In this document: one piece after another, positions 7,776-16,422 of the stretch | How the letters are laid out: each line of letters begins with the position of its first letter | Position numbering within the stretch: position 1 is the stretch's first letter | From: an uncultured virus (IMG/VR IMGVR_UViG_3300047546_001470) | Taxonomy: Duplodnaviria > Heunggongvirae > Uroviricota > Caudoviricetes | DNA length: 20,000 bases | Reading direction: 5' to 3' (one strand) | IMG/VR virus record: IMGVR_UViG_3300047546_001470 | Notes under the pieces: generated by a model | What the model saw: the letters and a program-made list of their open reading frames with translations, nothing else | Told to the model about the DNA's origin: nothing | The model's database searches: none | Made by a program: the position numbers and the translations under genes

Positions 7776-8469
7776 CGAAGAAGCAGCAATCTTTACACCT
7801 CCTCCAGTACCAGCGTCAAAGTTTGTTCCAGAGTGGTATAAAAGACAACCAGCAACCGTAGACGAAGAGCGAGGACTAGCATCTGGCTCATTTAATGGAA
7901 CTGTTAAAAAATGTATGCCAATTTTTGATCTAATGACTGCTGGCTATATTTTATCTTTGCCGATGGATATTTATATAGATGCTAGTGACCCAAACAAATT
8001 AAACATACAGTGTCCAAACCCCATGAAAAGATTTGGTACAGATATGTTTGCAACACATTCTGCAGAGCAATACAACCATTATCCTGTAGATCCAGATATG
8101 TATCATAAACAATTATTTAGAATAATGCCGTTCTGGGCATTTAAAACAGAAAAAGGATATAGCACATTAGTCCTACATCCAAACCATCAAGATGATTTAC
8201 CGTTCAGGGCTTTAGGTGGATTTGTAGATACGGATAAGTTTATAACAGACGGACATTTTTCTTTTTTTATTAAAAAAGGTTTTGTAGGCGTAATTAAACA
8301 AGGCACACCTCTTGTCCAGATTATACCAATGAAAAGAGATGATTGGGAATCAGAAATAGTTTCTCATGAACAAGTTAAAAAAGAAATAGGGCATCAACGA
8401 ATTTTTTTAAGATCAACATTTAGTAATGGATATAAAAATAAATATAGAAGCATGAAGAGATTTAAATGA
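7741..8469 (+). CDS. DUF6065-like / dUTPase-like fold phage protein, paralog 1
   Basis: PEWYK, KKCMPIFDLMTAGY, GYSTLVLHP, LPF, IKQGTPLVQIIPMKRDDW. Confidence 0.7.
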   Translation: MSSRKIKFYPFSEEAAIFTPPPVPASKFVPEWYKRQPATVDEERGLASGSFNGTVKKCMPIFDLMTAGYILSLPMDIYIDASDPNKLNIQCPNPMKRFGTDMFATHSAEQYNHYPVDPDMYHKQLFRIMPFWAFKTEKGYSTLVLHPNHQDDLPFRALGGFVDTDKFITDGHFSFFIKKGFVGVIKQGTPLVQIIPMKRDDWESEIVSHEQVKKEIGHQRIFLRSTFSNGYKNKYRSMKRFK

Positions 8470-9248
8470 GCGAAAAGCCATTAGACATAATTTTTACTCC
8501 AGCATTAAATGCACAGCCACATTGGTCAGTATGTCAAGTTGCACCAGAACCAGCAGTGCGTCATGTTCCAGAATGGTACAAAAGTCTTGCAAAACATGAT
8601 AATTGGAATGATGATAGATATTTAAATCCTGTAAATCATTTAGGTTCTGACGGCGCACAGGTTGCAACAAAAATGTGTTTACCATTTTTTGATGCCTTAA
8701 CGGCAGGGTATATGTATCTTTTAGAAGATGATTTACATGTTGATTTAGATCCAGACGGTAGACCAAAACTATCTTGGAATGGCAGCATAATGTTATTAGA
8801 TAAAAGGCCTACAAATGATATAGTAGTTCCAGATAACTGTCACCCCATGCACTACGGATTTAGAATGAATTGGTTTTATGATACTCCACCAGGATATTCT
8901 GTTTTAATTACTCATCCAATGAATAGACATGATTTGCCATTTTACACTATGTCTGGAATAGTCGAATCAGATATATGGGGCCTTCCTGTATTTATTGCAT
9001 TCTTTTTGAAGCGTGGATTTCAAGGTGTAATTCCAAAGGGTACTCCAATTATGCAAATAATTCCTTTTAAAAGAGATGATTGGGAAATGAGTATAGATGA
9101 GTCATATGATTCTGTAGATAAAAAATTATTAAAGGCCGAAGACAGAAGATCTTTACTATATGGATATTATAAAAAAACAACTTGGAGAAAAAAAATTTAT
9201 GGCATAAAGAATATATTTTCAAAGGATGCAAGTCACGACGATGAGTAG
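8466..9248 (+). CDS. DUF6065-like / dUTPase-like fold phage protein, paralog 2
   Basis: PEWYK, KMCLPFFDALTAGY, TPPGYSVLITHP, LPF, IPKGTPIMQIIPFKRDDW. ATGA overlap with paralog 1. Confidence 0.7.
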   Translation: MSEKPLDIIFTPALNAQPHWSVCQVAPEPAVRHVPEWYKSLAKHDNWNDDRYLNPVNHLGSDGAQVATKMCLPFFDALTAGYMYLLEDDLHVDLDPDGRPKLSWNGSIMLLDKRPTNDIVVPDNCHPMHYGFRMNWFYDTPPGYSVLITHPMNRHDLPFYTMSGIVESDIWGLPVFIAFFLKRGFQGVIPKGTPIMQIIPFKRDDWEMSIDESYDSVDKKLLKAEDRRSLLYGYYKKTTWRKKIYGIKNIFSKDASHDDE

Positions 9249-10095
9249 CATAGGCGTTGTAATTTATTCATATAAAGGTAAATTGCTTAAAGAAACTGTA
9301 AGGCAAATAAATGAAAATTTATCTGGTAGCCATACAGTTAATGTATACATTATAGATCAAAGTCCAATAATTAAAAATACTTATTATGATAACATTAAAA
9401 ATGTGGAGTATAAGCATAAGTTTTGGGACCATCCATACGGGCAATGTCACTACAGATTTGAAATTGCAAGAAATATTAAAGAAGATTTTACATTAATAAT
9501 TTCAGATAATATTTTTCTTTCAAAAAAATGGGACAGTATATTAATAGAAAATTATAAAGATAACTCAGTAATATCTGGAAAGGGAATACCAAATATAACA
9601 AACGATAACTTTTTTATATATAATAATAGCGTTGAATCAAACAATTTTTCTTTATCTCAGATAGTAAATAAAGATTTTATCTTTCTTAAAACTGAATTAT
9701 TTAAGAATACAAACTATCCAACATTTTTAAAATATAAAGGAGAGGCTGAGTATTTATCATTTTATTGGTTTACTAGAGGAGTAGATATATATTCATGTCC
9801 AACTGATTTTTATTCTGTTGAAGGTTTTAATTCTATTGACACAGTATATGTCCCATACTCTTTAACCCATAACTATAATGAGATTATAAAAATTATAAAT
9901 AATGAACCATCTAAGTATTTTGATCCTGGCAGCAAAAGATCTGTTTTAAATTTTATAGATCATCATAATATAAATAAAGATTCTATTTATCCATTACCAT
10001 TTTTAACAAATGACGTTGAATATGATTGTTATAATAACCCATTTGATAAACTAGATGGAAGAAAATTTATAGGCAGATTACATTATATATACTGA
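9241..10095 (+). CDS. Glycosyltransferase family 2-like (GT-A fold), divergent
   Basis: IGVVIYSYKG, VYIIDQS, FTLIISDNIFLSKKWD, GEAEYLS...GVDIY. The DxD motif appears degenerate. Confidence 0.55.
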   Translation: MSSIGVVIYSYKGKLLKETVRQINENLSGSHTVNVYIIDQSPIIKNTYYDNIKNVEYKHKFWDHPYGQCHYRFEIARNIKEDFTLIISDNIFLSKKWDSILIENYKDNSVISGKGIPNITNDNFFIYNNSVESNNFSLSQIVNKDFIFLKTELFKNTNYPTFLKYKGEAEYLSFYWFTRGVDIYSCPTDFYSVEGFNSIDTVYVPYSLTHNYNEIIKIINNEPSKYFDPGSKRSVLNFIDHHNINKDSIYPLPFLTNDVEYDCYNNPFDKLDGRKFIGRLHYIY

Positions 10096-10100
10096 TAGTG

Positions 10101-10118
10101 TATAATGTTAATAGGAGG
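10101..10118 (+). promoter_or_regulatory. -10 box plus SD
   Basis: TATAAT 10101-10106, GGAGG 10114-10118, ATG 10123. Confidence 0.6.
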
Positions 10119-10122
10119 AAAA

Positions 10123-10725
10123 ATGCATAGAATACATATTATTGATAATTTCATAGAGCCTATAGATGCTCTAACTTTAATTCAACAACAGAATGACCCA
10201 ATGGCTGTTAGGTTGCCTTACCCAGATTATTATAAAGAAAGATTTGGTGGAACTTCTTTGCCATACAATCCAACAATAATGTCTATATTAAAAAAATATG
10301 GAGACAAATCAAATGAAATACACAAAGAATTAAATGGATTTAAGAGTCCTATTTATGTATTTAAGGCGTTTGGGTCTCATTGGACAACTGGTACAAAGGG
10401 CGCACTACATTTAGATGCACAAGACCCAGAGCCATGGATAGAGTGGAGTACAATTATTTATTTAAATGAATCACCAGAGTATGAAGGTGGTAAAATATTT
10501 TTCCCAAATCAAGACTTTATCTATCAACCTAAAAGATATTCTGCAGTTTTTTTCCCAAGCGCTGGTAGTGAATATATACATGGAATTACTGAGGTAACTT
10601 CTGGTCATAGATATACTGCCTTATATATGCATACTTCTTTACCGCAACACGCAGATCCTGATTTCTTAGGAGAAGACAAAAATCCAAAATGGAGGGCACC
10701 AGAGCATGAGTTCAATTATTTATGA
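10123..10725 (+). CDS. 2OG-Fe(II) oxygenase (prolyl 4-hydroxylase-like)
   Basis: HLD...STIIYLN...YEGGKIFFP...FFPS...IHGITEVTSGHRY: HxD...H...R facial triad and 2OG-binding Arg. Confidence 0.9.
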   Translation: MHRIHIIDNFIEPIDALTLIQQQNDPMAVRLPYPDYYKERFGGTSLPYNPTIMSILKKYGDKSNEIHKELNGFKSPIYVFKAFGSHWTTGTKGALHLDAQDPEPWIEWSTIIYLNESPEYEGGKIFFPNQDFIYQPKRYSAVFFPSAGSEYIHGITEVTSGHRYTALYMHTSLPQHADPDFLGEDKNPKWRAPEHEFNYL

Positions 10726-11377
10726 TTATGATATTTTAGATTTAGGTTTAGTATATTATAAAAATGCACTACAGAATCCTCAAGAAATAATTGATATTGT
10801 TTCTTCTATAGACAACAAGTATAAAAATAATGAACACGCAGAATCATTTACAGAGGTAAAGCCTTGGCATGCTTGGCAAAATGAAAGTGCTGGAACTATG
10901 GAAACCTTTTGTTGGCAAAAATTTTTTCCTAAGCCAGAAGACGTTAAGTCAAATGATTATTACTATGAAGAACAATATTATGTATCCAAAAGACTTTATG
11001 ATGCTTTAGATGCTGCAACAAATCATTATAGTAATGTAATTTATCCATTTGCTGGAAGAAACATAAAGTCAAGAGAATACAGCATACATTTACTAAGATA
11101 TGAAAAGGGCGGATATTTACCAGCACACCAAGATCATGGGGTTAGCAGTAGAGTTTTGTCAACTGTTATGTACTTAAATAATGATTATGATGGAGGAGAA
11201 ATTTGTTTTCCAAATTCTAATATTAGAATGAAGCCAGAGCCTGGAAGCATAATTTACTTTCCATCAAATTATTTATATATACATGAGGTTGCCCCTATTA
11301 TAAATGGAACTAGGTATTCAATGCCACACTGGTACCATAATATGAAAACTCCAATTATGTCGACTGGTCAGGAATAA
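10706..11377 (+). CDS. 2OG-Fe(II) oxygenase (prolyl 4-hydroxylase-like)
   Basis: LLRYEKGGYLPAHQD...STVMYLNNDYDGGEICF...IHEVAPIINGTRYS. Confidence 0.9.
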   Translation: MSSIIYDYDILDLGLVYYKNALQNPQEIIDIVSSIDNKYKNNEHAESFTEVKPWHAWQNESAGTMETFCWQKFFPKPEDVKSNDYYYEEQYYVSKRLYDALDAATNHYSNVIYPFAGRNIKSREYSIHLLRYEKGGYLPAHQDHGVSSRVLSTVMYLNNDYDGGEICFPNSNIRMKPEPGSIIYFPSNYLYIHEVAPIINGTRYSMPHWYHNMKTPIMSTGQE

Positions 11378-12066
11378 TGCAATTTTATGAAAAATATTTA
11401 TTAGATAGCCCAGAAATTGCTTCTATATTTTGGCAAGAAGAGGGGATGCCAGATTATAAAAAACACATAGGTAAGAATAATGTTACATACAAATTAAATT
11501 CTAATGGTCTTAGATGCGATGAATTAATAAAAAATCATCAAGAAAAAACCCATATATTGTTTAATGGTTGCTCAATAACTGCTGGCATTGGCATTAATAT
11601 GGAAGACACCTGGGCATATAAAGTATATTCAGATTTTAATAACACATCTGGATTTTTTAATATATCACTTCCAGGGGGATCAATAATAGAAATTATAACA
11701 AATACAATTAAATATATTGAGTTATATGGTATACCAAATTATATTTTTCTTTTACTTCCTCCAATACACAGGGAATCAAGGTATATTAAAAAACATTTTA
11801 TAAATAACTTTGTTTATAACTATTATTATATTTTAGAAAATTATTGTAAAAAAAATAATATAAGTCTTTTTTCTACATCATGGGCAGATAAAAAAAATTA
11901 TCAGATGTTTGAACAATTTAAAACATTTCGTGCTCCAGATTTTAAGCAAATAGACTATTACGGAGAAGAATTGCATGGTGACGATAACCATCACCCTGGC
12001 AAAAGTATCCATGCTTTCTGGTATAATCAATTTAAGGACAGATATGAAAATTCTTGGAATAAATGA
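11377..12066 (+). CDS. SGNH/GDSL hydrolase-like protein
   Basis: LFNGCSITAG (block I variant), NISLPGGS (block II), DDNHHPGKSIH (DxxH block V). Confidence 0.65.
   Translation: MQFYEKYLLDSPEIASIFWQEEGMPDYKKHIGKNNVTYKLNSNGLRCDELIKNHQEKTHILFNGCSITAGIGINMEDTWAYKVYSDFNNTSGFFNISLPGGSIIEIITNTIKYIELYGIPNYIFLLLPPIHRESRYIKKHFINNFVYNYYYILENYCKKNNISLFSTSWADKKNYQMFEQFKTFRAPDFKQIDYYGEELHGDDNHHPGKSIHAFWYNQFKDRYENSWNK
12019..12027 (+). promoter_or_regulatory. Extended -10 promoter inside gene end
   Basis: TGgTATAAT, followed by AAGGA SD and ATG 12044. Confidence 0.55.
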
Positions 12067-13480
12067 AACCACACATGATGCTTCTATTTCTTTAATAGAA
12101 GATGGAGAAATATTATTTGCTGCACATGCTGAAAGATTTAGTAAACAAAAAAATGATTGGTTTACTAATGACAAATTAATAGAGTATGCACTTTCATATG
12201 GAAAGCCAAACAAGATTGCATACTATGAAAATAGGTTGCTAAAGAAAATTAGAATTGCTACCCGTGGCGGATTTGGTGGAGATAAGCCATATTATTTGCA
12301 GAAAAAAGAACTCAAATGGATTCCACGTGAATCATTTAGCCATCATTATTCTCATGCAGCAGCAGGATACTATACAAGTAAGTTTAACGATGCAGTTATA
12401 GTAGTATTAGATGCAATTGGAGAATATAACACTTCAACCATATGGGTTGGCCAAGGATCAAATATTAAGCAAGTTTATAAAAAAAATTATCCATTTAGTT
12501 TTGGATTGTTTTATTCAGCATTCACGCAACTGGTAGGGCTAAAGCCAAACGAGGAAGAGTATATTTTTATGGGTATGGCAGCCTACGGTGATTGGACTAA
12601 ATACTATTTAAAGGTAAAAGAATATTTCCCAAACATAGAAGAACAAAAATATGCATTTCATAACGGAATATTAGATTGGAATAGTCCAATATTGGAGCAA
12701 GATAAGTTTGATATTGCAGCAGCAGTTCAAAAAGTATATGAAGACAGATTAGTTAACTTTATGGCAATGGCACAAAAACTTACGGGCAAGCGCAATCTTG
12801 TTTTTATGGGTGGATGTGCATTAAACTGTGCAGCAAATACCATGCTTTGGAAAATGTTTGATGATGTTTGGATTATGCCTAATCCTGGAGATGCTGGATC
12901 TTCTTTAGGCGCAGCAGCAGCATCTTATGGAAGTCATATTAATTGGGAGCACCCATATTTGGGATATGATTTAGGCGGAGAATATCCTGTAACAGAAATT
13001 ATTACCGAATTAATTAGAAATAAAATCGTAGCGGTTGCAACGGGGAAAGCGGAGTATGGCCCAAGAGCACTCGGAAACAGATCTATTTTGGCAGACCCAA
13101 GGGATCCAAATATTAAAGATAAGGTTAACCTTATAAAAAAGAGAGAATTGTTTAGGCCCTTTGCTCCAGTAGTTATGGAAGAACATGCAAGCAAATGGTT
13201 TGATATGAACTTTGCAAGTCCATATATGCAATATGCAGTTAAATGCTTACAACCAGATAAGATACCGTCAGTTGTTCACAAAGACGGAACTTCAAGAGTT
13301 CAGACTGTAAATAAAGATCAGCATCCAGGACTATACACTGTATTATCTAACTGGTATTCTATTACAGGAATTCCAATATTATTAAATACAAGTTTAAATA
13401 TAAAAGGTCAGCCACTATTAAATGATAAGGCAGACATATTTGAATGGGAAAAAACCTACAACACAAAGATAGTCCGATAA
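12044..13480 (+). CDS. Carbamoyltransferase (NodU/CmcH/TobZ family), 478 aa
   Basis: MKILGIN..HDAS, ERFSKQK, HHYSHAAA, DAIGE, GGCALN, PGDAGSSLGAA, EYGPRALGNRSIL, RELFRPFAP, HKDGTSRVQTV, LNTSLN. Confidence 0.95.
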   Translation: MKILGINETTHDASISLIEDGEILFAAHAERFSKQKNDWFTNDKLIEYALSYGKPNKIAYYENRLLKKIRIATRGGFGGDKPYYLQKKELKWIPRESFSHHYSHAAAGYYTSKFNDAVIVVLDAIGEYNTSTIWVGQGSNIKQVYKKNYPFSFGLFYSAFTQLVGLKPNEEEYIFMGMAAYGDWTKYYLKVKEYFPNIEEQKYAFHNGILDWNSPILEQDKFDIAAAVQKVYEDRLVNFMAMAQKLTGKRNLVFMGGCALNCAANTMLWKMFDDVWIMPNPGDAGSSLGAAAASYGSHINWEHPYLGYDLGGEYPVTEIITELIRNKIVAVATGKAEYGPRALGNRSILADPRDPNIKDKVNLIKKRELFRPFAPVVMEEHASKWFDMNFASPYMQYAVKCLQPDKIPSVVHKDGTSRVQTVNKDQHPGLYTVLSNWYSITGIPILLNTSLNIKGQPLLNDKADIFEWEKTYNTKIVR

Positions 13481-14202
13481 TGAAAAAGGTAGTATTTGCT
13501 GCTACTCCAATAGGAGATAGTTCTCATATTGCTATTGCATTAAGAAATTATTTAAAAATAACAGATATAGCAATTGTTGAATCAAAAAATGTTTTTGAGC
13601 AATTATGTAAAGATAATGAAGCAAATATTTTAAATATATATGAAACAAAAGACAATACAAAAAAAATATTGGATATTATTATTAATGGTGTTAATAATAA
13701 CAAAAATATATTAATTGTTTCAAATGACGGATACCCAACAGTGCAGGATCCTGGAACAGAAATACTACATGCTTTAATCAAAATGAACATAGATATTGAC
13801 ATAATACCTGGGCCAAGTTCTGTATTACAATCTTTATTTTTTTCTGGATTTGAAGGAAAATTTGGAGAATTTTATTTTGCAGGAAGACTTAGGGATAAGA
13901 ATACAAAAGAATTTTTAAATAATATTAAAAGTCTTTCTTGCCCTATTATTTTAATATGTATACCATTTTTAGATAAATATATTGATGATATAGCAGAAGT
14001 TTTCCCAGACAGAGAAATAGCAGTTTGTTGTGATATTAGCAAACCTACTCAAAAAATATTAAGGGGTAAGACAACAAAAATGAAAGACATTATGAGTAAT
14101 TACAGAAAGTTTCCATTTAACTTTGATCTAGTATACGGATGGAAAACTAATATTCATATGTTTTATTCACACTATACGCTTGTAATATCACAAGCAAAGT
14201 GA
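13480..14202 (+). CDS. rsmI: RsmI-like SAM-dependent methyltransferase (tetrapyrrole methylase fold), divergent
   Basis: ATPIGD, LIVSNDGYPTVQDPG, IIPGPSSVLQSLFFSGF, IAVCCDISK match RsmI TPIGN / VSDAGTP.I.DPG / PGPSA...AL..SG / RELTK. TAATG overlap. Confidence 0.75.
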   Translation: MKKVVFAATPIGDSSHIAIALRNYLKITDIAIVESKNVFEQLCKDNEANILNIYETKDNTKKILDIIINGVNNNKNILIVSNDGYPTVQDPGTEILHALIKMNIDIDIIPGPSSVLQSLFFSGFEGKFGEFYFAGRLRDKNTKEFLNNIKSLSCPIILICIPFLDKYIDDIAEVFPDREIAVCCDISKPTQKILRGKTTKMKDIMSNYRKFPFNFDLVYGWKTNIHMFYSHYTLVISQAK

Positions 14203-14208
14203 TACAAT
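14180..14208 (+). promoter_or_regulatory. Promoter overlapping rsmI-like stop
   Basis: TTGTAA (14180-14185), 17 nt, TACAAT (14203-14208) with TGn. AGGAGG SD before ATG 14225. Confidence 0.65.
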
Positions 14209-14224
14209 ATATATAGGAGGAACT

Positions 14225-14425
14225 ATGGAATCAACAAAAAGATCATCAATTAAAACATTTAGTTGGGAGGCTTTCCATCTAATAGTGCTTGCTGGCATCA
14301 TTTATTTATTTACTGGTGAATGGGAGTACGCAAGCCTTGGTGCAATTATTTATATTGTAATTGAATCATTAGGATATTTTATTCATGAAAGGCTTTGGGC
14401 TAAATTTGGCAAGGGGGTAAAGTAA
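14225..14425 (+). CDS. DUF2061-like small membrane protein
   Basis: MESTKRSSIKTFSW...YLFTG...YFIHERLW. Confidence 0.8.
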   Translation: MESTKRSSIKTFSWEAFHLIVLAGIIYLFTGEWEYASLGAIIYIVIESLGYFIHERLWAKFGKGVK

Positions 14426-14535
14426 TGCGTATTAAAATTATTAAATTTGTTGTTAAGATACTTGGCTATGAATGGTCTGGAGATGAACTAAAACTTCCAG
14501 TATGGCAAGTAAAGGCTAAGAAAAAGATAAAGTAA
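14425..14535 (+). CDS. Small basic hypothetical protein, 36 aa (absent from ORF track)
   Basis: MRIKIIKFVVKILGYEWSGDELKLPVWQVKAKKKIK. TAATG overlaps at both ends fill the gap exactly. AAGGGGG SD. Confidence 0.75.
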   Translation: MRIKIIKFVVKILGYEWSGDELKLPVWQVKAKKKIK

Positions 14536-14720
14536 TGCCTTCATATGAATACGATTGCATGGCTTGTGCTGTGCGATATACAAAAGTTAGAGCAATGTCT
14601 GATAAAGATCCAGGGTATGAGTGTGAAACTTGCAATAAGCCCCTAGTTCGTGTATACTCTAATGTAGGTGTTTCCTTTAACGGTTCTGGTTTTTATACAA
14701 CTGATAATAGAAAGGTATAA
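14535..14720 (+). CDS. FmdB-family zinc-ribbon protein
   Basis: MPSYEYDCMAC...CETC...RVYSNVGVSFNGSGFYTTD. Confidence 0.9.
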   Translation: MPSYEYDCMACAVRYTKVRAMSDKDPGYECETCNKPLVRVYSNVGVSFNGSGFYTTDNRKV

Positions 14721-14721
14721 T

Positions 14722-14982
14722 ATGTTTAGTATGTTAAAAAATAAAGAAGAAGAGCAGGTTTGGCTTCTTGATGCCACAGATCGCTGTGATCGTTGTGGTG
14801 CTCAAGCGTATGTTAAAGTAATCGGGAAAAATGCATCAGATCTTTTATTTTGTGGACATCACTATAACAAGGCAATGGATAATGCAATTGGTTATGATAA
14901 TATGATGAAGTTTGCATTAGAAATAATTGATGAAAGATTAAGGCTTGATGAAAATAGAACTAAGGGAGAATCATATTCATGA
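14722..14982 (+). CDS. Conserved actinobacterial-type small Zn-binding hypothetical protein
   Basis: LDATDRCDRCGAQAYVKV...LLFCGHH...IIDER. GAAAGG SD before ATG 14722. Confidence 0.75.
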   Translation: MFSMLKNKEEEQVWLLDATDRCDRCGAQAYVKVIGKNASDLLFCGHHYNKAMDNAIGYDNMMKFALEIIDERLRLDENRTKGESYS

Positions 14983-15674
14983 TCGTACAATTTTTTGGAA
15001 TGGATGAAAAAACAAGAACTGATGTTTCTATAGCATATGCAGAAAGAACAAACTCTTGGCATGTTCTTGATACCGATCTCCCAATGGCTGAGTTGCAAGC
15101 CCAATATGCTAGGTGGCTAAGAACTATATCAATTTTTTTTACAAAAGATTATAATTCGTCAATTGTTGTTAGTGGGTATTTCCCTACCAAGGAATCGAGA
15201 GATCAGTTTAGAGATATTAGTGGGTATATGCATTTGTCTAACACTGTAAAGTTTCCAGACATATCAGTTTGGGTTGATACTACCGATAAGAAAGAGTTTG
15301 TAGATAAATTTGGTAAGACTATTTTGTGGGAAGAGCCAAACGAAAATGAATATGACTTTAAAATAACAAATACTGGTAATGAATATCTTGATGCTTTGCC
15401 AACTAGAGCGTTTAGCGTTATTAAAAAATATGAAACATTTGACTGGAAGCCAGAACAAACATTGATGGTTGGAAAATTCCAGCCCTGGACTGAAGACGAT
15501 TTAAAAAAATATAATATGCTTTCTGAAACTAGAAATGTAGTAATAGGCATAAGGCATTGTATGGGTATGAGTGATGAAGATAAATTTTCTATTAATCAGA
15601 TTAAGGAAATTATTTTTAAAGATTTGCCTAATGCTGATATAATTGTCCTTCCTAATATCATAGAGGTGGTATAA
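14979..15674 (+). CDS. Degenerate APS-kinase-like / HxGH nucleotidyltransferase-like fusion
   Basis: Recognisable scaffold (MIVQFFG..., IVVSGYFPTKESRDQF, PDISVWVDT, FDWKPEQTLMVGKFQPW, VVIGIR, IIVLPNI), but the P-loop and HxGH motifs are missing. Confidence 0.6.
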   Translation: MIVQFFGMDEKTRTDVSIAYAERTNSWHVLDTDLPMAELQAQYARWLRTISIFFTKDYNSSIVVSGYFPTKESRDQFRDISGYMHLSNTVKFPDISVWVDTTDKKEFVDKFGKTILWEEPNENEYDFKITNTGNEYLDALPTRAFSVIKKYETFDWKPEQTLMVGKFQPWTEDDLKKYNMLSETRNVVIGIRHCMGMSDEDKFSINQIKEIIFKDLPNADIIVLPNIIEVV

Positions 15675-15676
15675 GT

Positions 15677-16093
15677 ATGTATATATATAGAGTAAATAAA
15701 TTAACGGGGGTTGTAGATGGAGACACTATCGATGTGGATATTGACCTTGGCTTCAATGTGTCCTACTCCCAACGAGTACGCCTTGCTGGTATTGATACTC
15801 CAGAATCACGCACCAAAGATAAGTTTGAAAAAGCCCTTGGTCTTGAATCAAAAGAATATCTCAAGTCAAAATTAAAAAATGCAACAGATATTATCATTAA
15901 AACAGAAAAGCCAGATTCTTCAGAAAAATATGGACGAATTTTAGGATGGCTTTATGTAGATGGGGATACAATATCTGTAAATGACTATATGATAGAAGAG
16001 GGATATGCCTGGCCATATATGGGAGAAACAAAAATAAAAGATTTTGCTGCATTAGCACAACAAAGAGAAAAGGCACAAAATGCAAAGAAGTAA
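15677..16093 (+). CDS. Thermonuclease (staphylococcal nuclease-like)
   Basis: VVDGDTIDV, RVRLAGIDTPE, EKYGRILG, VNDYMIEEGYA. Confidence 0.92.
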   Translation: MYIYRVNKLTGVVDGDTIDVDIDLGFNVSYSQRVRLAGIDTPESRTKDKFEKALGLESKEYLKSKLKNATDIIIKTEKPDSSEKYGRILGWLYVDGDTISVNDYMIEEGYAWPYMGETKIKDFAALAQQREKAQNAKK

Positions 16094-16400
16094 TGAGTTT
16101 GACCAACTAATATTATCTGGAGCAATTGAACCAGCAGGTATAGATCCAGACACGGGAGAAATGCTTTATAACTTTACTAAAAAGTTAGAAAAAGTTAGTC
16201 CAATACTTCATAGGGAAGTACAAAATATGTTTTCTATACATATAATGGAATTGTGGGGAAAGAGTATGGTTGAAATGGATGTTACAGAAGATAATCCTAT
16301 TGTTAAACTTACACAAAAGGCTTTTGATGAAAATGCAATCAGTGAACTTAATGAAGAAGTTGCCTATACCTTAAAAGAAATTAAAAGAACTTTGTCCTAA
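16080..16400 (+). CDS. Hypothetical phage protein
   Basis: Tightly packed ORF with typical codon usage (LILSGAIEPAGIDPDTGEMLYNFT). Confidence 0.75.
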   Translation: MQRSNEFDQLILSGAIEPAGIDPDTGEMLYNFTKKLEKVSPILHREVQNMFSIHIMELWGKSMVEMDVTEDNPIVKLTQKAFDENAISELNEEVAYTLKEIKRTLS

Positions 16401-16422
16401 CAAGTAGTATAATAGTCTTGTT

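Noticed and set aside
11975..12043. Longer ORF-track starts (also 385, 4119, 9226, 10105, 13444, 14668, 17151)
   Set aside because: Downstream ATGs fit SD sites, stop/start overlaps and family N-termini better.
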